Origin: a virus
Lineage: Duplodnaviria; Caudoviricetes
Direction: 5' to 3' (one strand)
Virus record (IMG/VR): IMGVR_UViG_3300044614_002230
Coordinates: 1,705-65,704 of that record
DNA: 64,000 nucleotides
In this document: positions 28,112-37,340 of the stretch, in pieces
Layout: every line of letters starts with the position of its first letter
Position numbering within the stretch: position 1 is the stretch's first letter
The notes under the pieces: generated by a model
The model's input: the letters and a program-made list of their open reading frames with translations, nothing else
What the model was told of the DNA's origin: nothing
The model's database searches: none
Made by a program: the position numbers and the translations under genes

Positions 28112-28711
28112 TCAAGGGTTACAAATGATGTCGGTATTGCCGCTAACTGGGGGCACATCTGGAGTCGAATAGTTATTACAGTTACCACCGTTCACATAGT
28201 AATAACCATTATCTACAACAAGCAAACTCAGAGTGTTTTGAAGAAGTTCTGACAGAATTAGTTTGGTAACAATATCAGAAACATCTAGTGAATCAAACTT
28301 CTGAGAAATTGTCGGGTTTGGCAACCCATTTGCTTGAGTATATTTGTCATTGGTAATATAGCTCCTCGGTGCATTCTCTACTGCGTTACGAGGATTATTT
28401 AGGACGGGGTTTGGATCATAACCAAAATTCCAGATACCTGTAACAACCTTCGTCCCGGAGATATCCAAACCGGAAGAAAATTTGTAGGTTTTAGTAGAGT
28501 CTGGTAGAATGTACGGCTCAAGGGTTGGTTGGTCCGTTGGCATAGTGACGTATCTGCCATCCAGTCCATCAGGGCCCGCAGTATTGATTGAGCTTAAACC
28601 CAGAGGAGGGTAGTGCCAGTCCAGGTCTTGTCCGTCGAAAAAGATCTTTTGAGACCCGTTTAGCCACTCACTAGTGACTATAACACCAGAACTAAACGTC
28701 GTCTTTGCCAT
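28112..28711 (-). CDS. Tail/baseplate-associated protein
   Basis: MAKTTFSSGVIVTSEWLN N-terminus typical of fibre-associated proteins; late promoter. Confidence 0.6.
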   Translation of the reverse strand: MAKTTFSSGVIVTSEWLNGSQKIFFDGQDLDWHYPPLGLSSINTAGPDGLDGRYVTMPTDQPTLEPYILPDSTKTYKFSSGLDISGTKVVTGIWNFGYDPNPVLNNPRNAVENAPRSYITNDKYTQANGLPNPTISQKFDSLDVSDIVTKLILSELLQNTLSLLVVDNGYYYVNGGNCNNYSTPDVPPVSGNTDIICNP

Positions 28712-28741
28712 AAATCCTGCTTGGATTATTTCTTCTAAAAG

Positions 28742-28749
28742 TTTTACCC
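28742..28749 (-). promoter_or_regulatory. Putative late promoter GGGTAAAA
   Basis: Overlaps tyrosinase stop; upstream of baseplate operon. Confidence 0.7.
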
Positions 28750-30179
28750 TACTTGTAGTATTTAACGGTTATCTTTTGAATACTGACAGGAGGAACCTCC
28801 CCAACAACTTTATCGTTTTCAACACCGGTTGTAGGTGTGAATACCAGCTCAAAGCTGTTTTCAGCAAAGCGACTTAAAGGAATCTCAAGAGACACCGGTT
28901 TAGCATTTCCATGGTGATGGTGGCCCTCATGTCCGGAGTCTGGAGTGTTGCCTTCTTTACCGAAGAAATTCAAAAAACCAATAGAAATTCCATTTCCTTT
29001 ATCTCCTATAGCTCTGTAACTTACAATGTAAGAAACGCTCGTGTATCCAGAAACAATTGCATTCTCTATTTGAATAATTCCACCTGTATTTCTAAGACCT
29101 TTAGGTCCAAGAAAAGAAACACTCACTTGTTTTGAAGTTAATGTAACAGGTTTAGAGGTTTGAACTGAAATGGTGTTTTTGTTTTTATCTGCGCTCTCTG
29201 CGGCTAATAGCTTGGGTTCAAAGGGAGAACGTTGACAATCTTCGTAGGATTGGTATTTAACTTTGATAACATTCTGTACCAGATTTTGCATCTGAGGGAT
29301 TGTTAATGAAATTATTGACCCGTCTTCGTCTGTGAACTGGTAGGTTCTACCGTCATCTTCGAAAGTAGGTAACACACCACCTCGGTTTGTCCAACATTCC
29401 CACACGCGGTCTAAGTTGGCGTGATGTAACCAAAAAATTGGGTCCTGAGCAGCCCAGGAAATAGATCCCATCAAAAGACCGTTTTCTTTGCCGAGGGCGT
29501 CGTGTACAACGTTGTGTGGCACGTGTTCTAGGGCCGATTGGAAATCCTCGTATAATGAATTGTCTAATGCTGAAAGAGAGACAATGTCTTCATCTAATGC
29601 ATGACCCCGGTTAATACTTGCTCTTCGGGGGGCATGGAGCGGGTTAATTGACGAATCTTTAGTTAAACGAGTACGAAAAGCTTGAGGGATCTCACGAGCT
29701 TTTGCTGTGCCCGCAGTGTAATTCCAGTAAGGTAGGCTCCAGTTCGGCTGTCCGGACACTTTGCGAGCAACTTTCTCGAAATAATGAAGATACACTCGAT
29801 GCCAAAGTAAGAAAAGCTTATCTGGGTGATATTGATGGCACTGGTTCCAAGCATTCTTAACTTTTACTGTTTCATTGGGCACAAGCGTATAAGGCATCAT
29901 TTCTTTCTTATCTTTTTTCGATACATCTTGCATATTTTTCACATCATCCGTGGTGTAGTAATGATGTATTCCGGAGAACCAACGCCAACTACGAGGGTCT
30001 GTCTCAGGCAAAGCCTTCATTGAGCTAACAACTCTTCGGTATTCGTTAATTTCTTGCTCTGTCAGAGAGTTAAAATCTTTTCTAAATGCTGTATTTTCTC
30101 CGTTTGCGAGCGCAGGAATACTAACACTTACGGATGTTAATAATGCAACGATGATTTGAATAAAAATTTTGCGAGCCAT
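28749..30179 (-). CDS. Secreted tyrosinase / polyphenol oxidase (type-3 copper)
   Basis: Signal peptide ending IPALA; CuA GIH...CH...FLLWHRVYL; LPYWNY; CuB PHNVVH...DPIFWLHHANLDRVW. Confidence 0.93.
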   Translation of the reverse strand: MARKIFIQIIVALLTSVSVSIPALANGENTAFRKDFNSLTEQEINEYRRVVSSMKALPETDPRSWRWFSGIHHYYTTDDVKNMQDVSKKDKKEMMPYTLVPNETVKVKNAWNQCHQYHPDKLFLLWHRVYLHYFEKVARKVSGQPNWSLPYWNYTAGTAKAREIPQAFRTRLTKDSSINPLHAPRRASINRGHALDEDIVSLSALDNSLYEDFQSALEHVPHNVVHDALGKENGLLMGSISWAAQDPIFWLHHANLDRVWECWTNRGGVLPTFEDDGRTYQFTDEDGSIISLTIPQMQNLVQNVIKVKYQSYEDCQRSPFEPKLLAAESADKNKNTISVQTSKPVTLTSKQVSVSFLGPKGLRNTGGIIQIENAIVSGYTSVSYIVSYRAIGDKGNGISIGFLNFFGKEGNTPDSGHEGHHHHGNAKPVSLEIPLSRFAENSFELVFTPTTGVENDKVVGEVPPVSIQKITVKYYK

Positions 30180-30185
30180 AGGTAT

Positions 30186-30211
30186 AAAAAATGCCCCCGT
30201 ATAGGAGGCAT
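30186..30211 (-). terminator. Intrinsic terminator after capsid/tube genes
   Basis: ATGCCTCC-TATAC-GGGGGCAT then T-run on minus strand. Confidence 0.75.
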
Positions 30212-30240
30212 TATAATTAGTGATTGATTGAGTAAACAGA

Positions 30241-30687
30241 TTAAACTCTGTCCCAGTAATTTACCGTCATCTCAATTTCAATTTCTTGCACATCACCAGA
30301 TTCGCGATCCACTTCACCGGTTGTGATCGAAACAAAACGACATTCATACATCAGGTATTGGCCTCCGGCAGAGGGCTCGGAGCCTTTACCGCTACAGTCA
30401 CGTGGTGTAACAGTAACAGTAATGTATTCGCAGTTATAGTTCAACCAAAACAGCTCAAGAGCTTTGAAAATTGTAGGATCGTAAGGGGCCGTCAGAGTCA
30501 CATTGTCAGCGGTGCGAGGACCGACAACGTGGTAGAGACGGTTTCCTGTACCGTTGGCGTAGGTGCTTGTGTCCGAGGAGTCGTTAACTCCACTAAACTT
30601 CGTGAAAACCGAAGTAAAAGTTGTTCCACCACCAGAAGCAAACGAGACTTCGTATTGCGCTTTGGTGATCGGTCTTAAAATAGCCAT
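30241..30687 (-). CDS. Tail tube protein
   Basis: 148 aa; FTKFSG, NVTLT, ITVTV, C.FVSITTGEVD..S..V..IEIE pattern of T4 gp19-like tubes; strong AGGAGG RBS. Confidence 0.8.
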   Translation of the reverse strand: MAILRPITKAQYEVSFASGGGTTFTSVFTKFSGVNDSSDTSTYANGTGNRLYHVVGPRTADNVTLTAPYDPTIFKALELFWLNYNCEYITVTVTPRDCSGKGSEPSAGGQYLMYECRFVSITTGEVDRESGDVQEIEIEMTVNYWDRV

Positions 30688-30713
30688 GATGACACCTCCT
30701 TAGTATTCTTGGA

Positions 30714-31769
30714 TCAACCAAGAATGTTGGTGATCATAGCGCCAGAACCGATAAGACCAGAGGCACCAAGGCCAACCAGGTTAACAACACGCTCAACCGT
30801 GATTTCAGCACGAACCACGCGACGCTCACGAATGTAGTACTCGGGGCGAACAGCAGGGGTACCAGTCAGCTGATAGGTGTAAGCGAAGGCAGGGGTAGCA
30901 GCGTTAGCACCACCAGCAGGCATAACCGAATCCGAAGGGCCATTCGGGCTGTAGAACAGCAGAACGCCGTTCTCAGGGAACACGGGCTGCAGGCTACCAT
31001 CGGTGGCCAGATAACGACCCTCAGCCACGCGCAGACCGCGCTCGAGACCGAAGTAGCGGGCGAGCATGTCGGTGTCGATGCTGTCAGCGGTGGTGTACTT
31101 GATGCGCTCAAGGATCGCCTGGTTGGTCAGCAGTTGGTCAAACACGGCGGTACCGACAACCATCGAGTTGGGGCGGATACCGATCTGGTTAGCAACAGCA
31201 CGCTTTAGGGTCAGCACGTCTTCAATCGGGTTTGAAGAACCTGAAGACCAAGCAGCAGGGCCGCCAGCAGAACCGTAGGCAGTTTGGAAAGCAGCCCAGT
31301 TGGTAAAGCCCAGGCCAGTCTGGCTGCCGGGAGTACCATTGTAAGGCTCATAAGGGTTGTAAGAACCGGTAACGGTCACAGCCTGGCTCACGGTGTACTC
31401 GTAAGCGTTCATCAGGCGGCTCATGGCGTTGCGGGTTTCAATCGCACGCAGATCAACCTGAGCAGGACCTTCGCCAGCGTTCTCAATGACTTCTTCCGGC
31501 AGTTCCCAAGCCACGACTTCTTGCTCGAGCGCATAAGGCTCAGCATCAAAACGGCTTTGAACGTAAGGAATATTGGTGCCGTAAGCACGACGGAAGTCGT
31601 TGATAGCGAACTGTTCCTTACCGAAGCGCAGGATCCGGCCAGCACGAGTCGGGGTATCAACAACGGGAGCAATAAAGTTGGCGATATTGGTCGCCGGCAG
31701 CATGAAACCTTGAGCCAGTGTAGTCAGAATCGGATCTACACCCGCATAGGTTTGCGAGAGATTCATCAT
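30714..31769 (-). CDS. Major capsid protein
   Basis: VDPILTTLAQG...IANFIAPVV...FGKEQF, G.RPNSMVVG; position after decoration gene; strongly biased codons. Confidence 0.92.
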   Translation of the reverse strand: MMNLSQTYAGVDPILTTLAQGFMLPATNIANFIAPVVDTPTRAGRILRFGKEQFAINDFRRAYGTNIPYVQSRFDAEPYALEQEVVAWELPEEVIENAGEGPAQVDLRAIETRNAMSRLMNAYEYTVSQAVTVTGSYNPYEPYNGTPGSQTGLGFTNWAAFQTAYGSAGGPAAWSSGSSNPIEDVLTLKRAVANQIGIRPNSMVVGTAVFDQLLTNQAILERIKYTTADSIDTDMLARYFGLERGLRVAEGRYLATDGSLQPVFPENGVLLFYSPNGPSDSVMPAGGANAATPAFAYTYQLTGTPAVRPEYYIRERRVVRAEITVERVVNLVGLGASGLIGSGAMITNILG

Positions 31770-31860
31770 GGGAGGGATTCTCCGAAAATAATTTTGTCTT
31801 CAAATGGTTGCAACCAGGGTGGGACTTACACCTTACGGATGCCCTTCCCGGTTAATTTAC

Positions 31861-32325
31861 TCAGATAGAAACAACCACAAAACTGCGGCCACCAATGGCG
31901 ACCACTTCACGGATCAAGGGGGTGCTACCATCAATGGTCACTTCAGTGCCATTCTTAGCAGCTTGGCCTTTACCGTTGATTGCGAGTTGAGCGTTCAGAT
32001 CGCCAGCCTGGAAAGGGGCAGTGGGGTCTTGGGCAACAAGCAGCAGACCTGAGGTAGCTACGCTAGCTTGGCGAGCGGTGTAAGGCTCAGCCAGGGCGGT
32101 AGGAATGTAAGCCTGGTTAACACCGAGCACGTCGGTAGGAGCGGTGGTGAAAGCGTTCGGGGGAGCGCAAACCATCGGGCCAGCGTATGTAGCGTAAGCT
32201 ACGCAGCAATATTCGCCAATTTCGACGGTACCAACAGCACCACCTTGGGTGTTCTGGGCAGCTTCGAAAGTCTCGGCAAGACGGATGTATTGTTTGCCGT
32301 ATACGGGAGCAGCGTTAGTCGCCAT
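31861..32325 (-). CDS. Capsid decoration/cement protein (DUF2190-like)
   Basis: Small Ala/Gly-rich protein directly upstream of MCP; VLGV...ASVATSGLLLV...GQA. Confidence 0.75.
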   Translation of the reverse strand: MATNAAPVYGKQYIRLAETFEAAQNTQGGAVGTVEIGEYCCVAYATYAGPMVCAPPNAFTTAPTDVLGVNQAYIPTALAEPYTARQASVATSGLLLVAQDPTAPFQAGDLNAQLAINGKGQAAKNGTEVTIDGSTPLIREVVAIGGRSFVVVSI

Positions 32326-32442
32326 GTTTTATACTTTAATAAATGGACTTCAAAATTTTCGACAAAGTCGAGGTAGTTTGTCATGCACATGCCGGAAGGC
32401 AGGCAATTGCTAGACCTTTTGTTGTTTAGTCTTATTCGTAAA

Positions 32443-32450
32443 TTTTACCC
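32443..32450 (-). promoter_or_regulatory. Putative late promoter GGGTAAAA
   Basis: Upstream of decoration/MCP/tube operon. Confidence 0.7.
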
Positions 32451-33182
32451 TTAGCGGTACTGAACTTGGCAACGGCAACGATCGTAGCACCGGCAATCTT
32501 GGCCGGGCATTGGAAGTTGCCCTAGGGGCACCCATCCGAGTTTCCCGTAATCTAAGCAATCAGGGCAAACTTTCTGATCTGCTCTAGGTATTCTTCTCAT
32601 TTCCTTAAACCCTTGCTCCTCTTTGACAAAATAATCGCCTAAGTGGTAGTAAGAATATACAGGTGTTGATAAATAACGTTGAACCCTGCTGTATAGACCA
32701 GGCCAAGTCTGCCCGATCGCTTTATTCTTCGTTGCTTCCTGCACGCCCTGACTCTCGTAATTTTCAAGAAGGTCAAGGTCAATCTCAGAAAGCTCTTCGA
32801 ATTCAAGTGTTTTGTCCCCTTGGCGCAGAGTGTTGTTATCTAGGTAAGTTTTCGTTTCGGCCAGGAATTGAACTAAAGGCGGAAGCACGTTGCCCACAAT
32901 AATGGGCCATGCTTTTTTCATCTTTTCCTTTGGCCTGGAACTTTTCGAACCCAGGTAAACGGCTGCTAAGGCAGAGGTTAAAGTTTTATCAACCATTGAA
33001 CGCTCGTATTCTTCGAAACGAAATAATTTGTCTCGAAGACCTTTGACGAGAGTTTTAGATTCCTCTGCCATTCTAGACTCTAATTTAGACTCTGTAGGGC
33101 ACTTTTTTGAAAGTTGCTCTGCTTGAGTGAAATAATCCTCTCTACGTTTTGTAACTGAACCTATGATAGAGAGGATATCCAT
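32451..33182 (-). CDS. Minor head protein, MuF-like
   Basis: C-terminal CPDC...LPMPGQDCRCYDRCRC; head-operon position. Confidence 0.7.
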   Translation of the reverse strand: MDILSIIGSVTKRREDYFTQAEQLSKKCPTESKLESRMAEESKTLVKGLRDKLFRFEEYERSMVDKTLTSALAAVYLGSKSSRPKEKMKKAWPIIVGNVLPPLVQFLAETKTYLDNNTLRQGDKTLEFEELSEIDLDLLENYESQGVQEATKNKAIGQTWPGLYSRVQRYLSTPVYSYYHLGDYFVKEEQGFKEMRRIPRADQKVCPDCLDYGKLGWVPLGQLPMPGQDCRCYDRCRCQVQYR

Positions 33183-33189
33183 TTCACAT

Positions 33190-35409
33190 TCAGCTGTACA
33201 TAGTTTTCTTCAGGGCTTCGACGTAGTCGATTCCTTCCGATTCCACAAGACGCAGAGCTTTAGTATGGGGGTCAAGATCTTCTTCAGAGAACTGGAAAGT
33301 TCCACCTTGAACCACTTCACCATAGGTAACCATGGGAGGCAGTTTTGCAAGAATACCCATTAACTTGGTTGCAGGGGTTTCACCTTCGGAGAATTCTAGG
33401 GTTCCGAACTCTAAACCTTCGCAGTAAGAAATAAGTTCTTGCTCGGGGATAACGCCATCAGTTAGACGACCTTCGCTATAAAGGCTATCAACGAATGAAG
33501 CGATTTTCTCTTTACGAGCCATTCGCTTTTCTTCGCTGTAAAGCCGCTGTAGTTCAGCGTGCTCTGCCTTTAGTTTTTTGATTTCTTCCATGTACATTTG
33601 AGCTTCACCCATTGGGCGTGCCTGGCTCATGGAGCCCATGCCATAGTTGTCCATCCCGCAGAAGTCGTCAGTTTCACTGTAATCGTCGTCATCTTGTGAC
33701 TCTTCGATCCCTTCGCCCTCTTCGTAAGTCGAACCAAAACCAGTCTTGGTGTAAGGGTCTTTCTTTTTACCTTCGGCATGCTCTTCCGAGAACACTCCAG
33801 CAGGGCCTGTGATTTGGGCAGCTTCGTCGACTTTGTCGAAATCACCGCTCAACTGTTTTTCTTTGGACTTTTTCTCTGATTTTTCAGCGTGGTTGATGGC
33901 ACCACCTTTTACAGGAGCCCGTCCATCGCTGCTCTTCTGACGTAGGACCCTCATATCTTTGTCACTCATTACATTGGTAACTTGAGTGGCAAACACAGTG
34001 TCGTCGGGTGTTTCTTCGGTTTCGGTAGGAACTTTGGTAGGACCTTCTGAACGACCGGCAGGGTCGCTACCTGATGCATCACCGGGTTGGTTGGGCTCAG
34101 GGTAATCGCCTTTGGCCAGATCGTATTGGTCATTATTATGAACTTTGTCATAGCCGTCGGCTTGACCAGCCCACCTTTCTTCCCGATCGTCCGAATTTTC
34201 CGAAGATTTAGCAAGTTTGACGCGGTCTGCGTCTTGACTGCCGTTTTTGGCTGTGTTCAGACGGTCTTGATCTTGCTCGGCAGACTCAGCATCGGTAAGA
34301 CGACCAGTTTCACCATCGGCACCAGCTTTGCCGGTACGCATACGGTTGCCGTATCCGTCCACATCGTTTCTGGCTGTTTCCATACGACCAGAACGATCTG
34401 AGTCGCTACTTTCTTTCTTTTTACCGAAAGAAACTTTTCCGCCTTTTGCGGTTTTGTAAGAGACTTCGTCGAATTCTAAATTCTCGGAATGATCTGCAGA
34501 AGATTCTTCATCTTCTTCATCATCGTCCATTGCCATCTCTTTGGCATTGGCTTTTTTCTTAAAGGCTTCAGGCATTTCGCCGTGGGAAGCAGCAATTTCC
34601 ACTGCATCCTCTTCTGCCTCGTTATGGAGTTCTTCCACAACTTGAACATCCTGGCCGTGAGCGCCTTTGGCACGCTTTCGGCTGATTTTTCCTTCTTCCA
34701 TAAATTGGTCCTCTGGGAGATTGTCTTCAAGTTCAGCCGTTTGCTGAGCAATTTCGGAGAATTTTTCTTCGGGTTGTTTTTCCGTTTCAGTTTCCTCCCC
34801 CTCTGGTGAGGGAGAATTTTGATTATCTTCCGGGTTAGTTTTACCTTGGGATTCGGAAGATAGATCTTGCCTTACTTGGTCAAGTTTGGCTTTTAGCATT
34901 TCTAGAGGACTATTTTCCACATTCATTGTGGGTCCTAGCTCTTCATCGAAAAGCCCCTCTAGCGAAAGTGAAGCCGAAAAATTCAAAACCCCATTCTCTT
35001 CCGAGAAAGAAAAAGGTTCTAAACCTTTGACTGCCGGCGGCGCGGCACCTAACAACGCTAGGTGTCGAGCACTCCATTTCTTTCCATGAGGGTTAATAGG
35101 GGAATCTGGGGAGTAAAAGGAGATCGAAACCTTGCGATAGTGACCATCTTTTACTAAATCTTTTGCCGTATCCGTGAAAGCCACGTCGGCATACAAATTT
35201 TCTCCCTGTCTAACAAATTTCTTGATCCACCCATAAGATGGCAAGCTATCGTTATCACCTTGGTGTCCGATCACCAAAGGAGCTTCATGGATAGAAGGGT
35301 CATAACTCTCAACAACCTGGTCAAGGTCGTCAGGAGTGAACTCCCGTTGTACTCCTTGAGCAGAAGTTTGAGAACCTGCTTTAAATACGTGAACTCTTTT
35401 TGTGAACAC
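33190..35409 (-). CDS. Mu-like prohead protease fused to long acidic scaffold
   Basis: HEAPLVIGH, YGWI, YRKVSISFY, HLALLGAAPPAVKGL; follows portal; GTG start 25 nt after GGGTAAAA. Confidence 0.9.
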   Translation of the reverse strand: MFTKRVHVFKAGSQTSAQGVQREFTPDDLDQVVESYDPSIHEAPLVIGHQGDNDSLPSYGWIKKFVRQGENLYADVAFTDTAKDLVKDGHYRKVSISFYSPDSPINPHGKKWSARHLALLGAAPPAVKGLEPFSFSEENGVLNFSASLSLEGLFDEELGPTMNVENSPLEMLKAKLDQVRQDLSSESQGKTNPEDNQNSPSPEGEETETEKQPEEKFSEIAQQTAELEDNLPEDQFMEEGKISRKRAKGAHGQDVQVVEELHNEAEEDAVEIAASHGEMPEAFKKKANAKEMAMDDDEEDEESSADHSENLEFDEVSYKTAKGGKVSFGKKKESSDSDRSGRMETARNDVDGYGNRMRTGKAGADGETGRLTDAESAEQDQDRLNTAKNGSQDADRVKLAKSSENSDDREERWAGQADGYDKVHNNDQYDLAKGDYPEPNQPGDASGSDPAGRSEGPTKVPTETEETPDDTVFATQVTNVMSDKDMRVLRQKSSDGRAPVKGGAINHAEKSEKKSKEKQLSGDFDKVDEAAQITGPAGVFSEEHAEGKKKDPYTKTGFGSTYEEGEGIEESQDDDDYSETDDFCGMDNYGMGSMSQARPMGEAQMYMEEIKKLKAEHAELQRLYSEEKRMARKEKIASFVDSLYSEGRLTDGVIPEQELISYCEGLEFGTLEFSEGETPATKLMGILAKLPPMVTYGEVVQGGTFQFSEEDLDPHTKALRLVESEGIDYVEALKKTMYS

Positions 35410-35433
35410 TTTTATAAAAAACCCTGTGAATAA

Positions 35434-35441
35434 TTTTACCC
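35434..35441 (-). promoter_or_regulatory. Putative late promoter GGGTAAAA
   Basis: Overlaps portal stop; upstream of protease. Confidence 0.7.
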
Positions 35442-36848
35442 TACACCCGCTTCCTCAGGAGATAACGTTTCTTCTCCTTCTGGCGCTTCAGGGAGATTTG
35501 CGATATCTTCCTCGGTGGGCATAGATTCTCCTGACCCAGAATCGTCACCAAAGATTTGAGCGTATAAATCTTGGTCGGTTTCAGGGTTGTAAACTTCTGA
35601 GTTGGTTCCAGGCTCTGAAGAAGAATCTTCTTTGTCGTGTAGTTCCACTCGGAAGTGTCTCTCGATCCATTCTTTTCTAGGTGTAAATCCAGACTGAATA
35701 AGAAGAGAAACGTCTGGCATCGTGAGAGGAGACTCTTCAATACGGAATTCACGTGTGAGCTCCGGACAAGCCACATCTGTGCCATAGTTTAAGTCAACAA
35801 TCCAGCGAATTAGAGTTTTTGTTAGAGTGTGAGAAATCATTTCTGACATCTCTGAAGCTTTAACAACCCTAACTAGATTGGCAACTTGAGAAGACGCACG
35901 AGACCCTGCTTCTGCTTGGCCTGCCTCGTTTTCTCCGCACACAAGAGTACTAATTTCCTTGTCAATGTAATCAATCAAGTTTTTGAAAACATCTGGGCTA
36001 CCAGAGGGAGTTACAAAATCAAGTTCATAACCCTCAGGCAGAATCATTGCCGTTTCTTGAGATAAGTTAGACAGATGGTCGTACAATGTGTCTAACTCTT
36101 TCGTGCTTGCACTTAACGGAGCTTTTGCCACAGCTGTGGGAGTTGCGTACCTGTCTCCATACAACACGTAAGATTCAATCGCTCTTCTTCTGAATTTCAC
36201 CAAAGGATACAAAATCCTTCCTAGTCCGGCTCCATACGGGTCACCATTGTGAGAGGTGTAGTGGCGATTAATAATAAATTTCCTTTGAGGTAGCTCAACA
36301 CCCTCAAACATTCGGTTAAAAGTTAGGCAACGCATCGTAAAACCGGTTTGAGCTTCTTCCATCTCTTGAAACACAAACCGACGTTGATCTCTCATACGAA
36401 CGTCGAAAGGAATCACTCCCCTTTTAGATTTTTTCCACATTACCTCAGCCACCGAAAAGCCGGTAATTAGGCATTCAGCCATGCCTTTATAAATATCGTC
36501 TATAGGAAGTTCAGAAAGAACCTCAGCTACGTAGTCTCTAACTGCTAAGTCCCCGGGTTTATCCGAATGCTCCTGTACATACCAGGGTCTTGCTGTTACT
36601 TCTTGCATCAGTTTAGCAAAACACCCTTGGACATGTTCGTCTAAGAGCAATCTTTGATATACCGATAAAGCACGGTTCCCGCCCTTAGAGAGAAGCAAAT
36701 CATCCGAAGGACGAACAATTGTATTACCTTGCCCTGTAAATGGGCTCGACGATCCAAACATGTAGATCGACGAAAGGTTATACGGGTCACTCGTGTAACG
36801 AGCAACTTCACCTGAGGGGACAGGAGCAACTTTAAATCTTTTTGCCAT
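35436..36848 (-). CDS. Portal protein (Mu gp29/DUF935-like)
   Basis: DEHVQG, ITGFSVAEVMW, PYGAGLGRILY, YGDRYATP..AK, IDYIDKEIS. Confidence 0.93.
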   Translation of the reverse strand: MAKRFKVAPVPSGEVARYTSDPYNLSSIYMFGSSSPFTGQGNTIVRPSDDLLLSKGGNRALSVYQRLLLDEHVQGCFAKLMQEVTARPWYVQEHSDKPGDLAVRDYVAEVLSELPIDDIYKGMAECLITGFSVAEVMWKKSKRGVIPFDVRMRDQRRFVFQEMEEAQTGFTMRCLTFNRMFEGVELPQRKFIINRHYTSHNGDPYGAGLGRILYPLVKFRRRAIESYVLYGDRYATPTAVAKAPLSASTKELDTLYDHLSNLSQETAMILPEGYELDFVTPSGSPDVFKNLIDYIDKEISTLVCGENEAGQAEAGSRASSQVANLVRVVKASEMSEMISHTLTKTLIRWIVDLNYGTDVACPELTREFRIEESPLTMPDVSLLIQSGFTPRKEWIERHFRVELHDKEDSSSEPGTNSEVYNPETDQDLYAQIFGDDSGSGESMPTEEDIANLPEAPEGEETLSPEEAGVG

Positions 36849-36955
36849 TACTAGCTTCTCCCCTTGAGGTCAAGGTTGCTCCTATTTTTAAGTTCTTCGT
36901 TGATTAAATTTATCGCGGCGTAAGTAATCACACGACAACAGCGTTTATAATAAAA

Positions 36956-36963
36956 TTTTACCC
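36956..36963 (-). promoter_or_regulatory. Putative late promoter GGGTAAAA
   Basis: Upstream of portal. Confidence 0.7.
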
Positions 36964-36968
36964 TAAGC

Positions 36969-37340
36969 CTAACTTGCAAGTGTGAACCGTAAAGGAGGTT
37001 GAGGAACACTGTTAATTTCGTACTGGATCAAAACTTTGTAGACTCCATCATCACCCCCGGTTTGCCAATCTCCCAAAACACTTAAACCGCTTAGACCAGG
37101 AACATTCAGCGTTATAGAGTTTTGTATGGCAGAGTTAATTAAACCAGGGTCTAAAACTTCAAGCACATAGTCACCAATACCGTAATCTGCACGCATCACT
37201 CTTTCGTAGTACCGGGTTTCTACCACACTCCGAATCTGTTGGGCGATTAAATCCGCATCAACACTTACGGCAAGGTTACCGTTAGCTATGGTTAAAGGGT
37301 AGGTTAAACCGCGAATAATGGAAGCACTTGTTTCAGTCAT
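36969..37340 (-). CDS. Baseplate wedge subunit, gp25/gpW-like
   Basis: GLTYPL...IAQQIRSVVETR..ERVMRADYG. Confidence 0.88.
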   Translation of the reverse strand: MTETSASIIRGLTYPLTIANGNLAVSVDADLIAQQIRSVVETRYYERVMRADYGIGDYVLEVLDPGLINSAIQNSITLNVPGLSGLSVLGDWQTGGDDGVYKVLIQYEINSVPQPPLRFTLAS

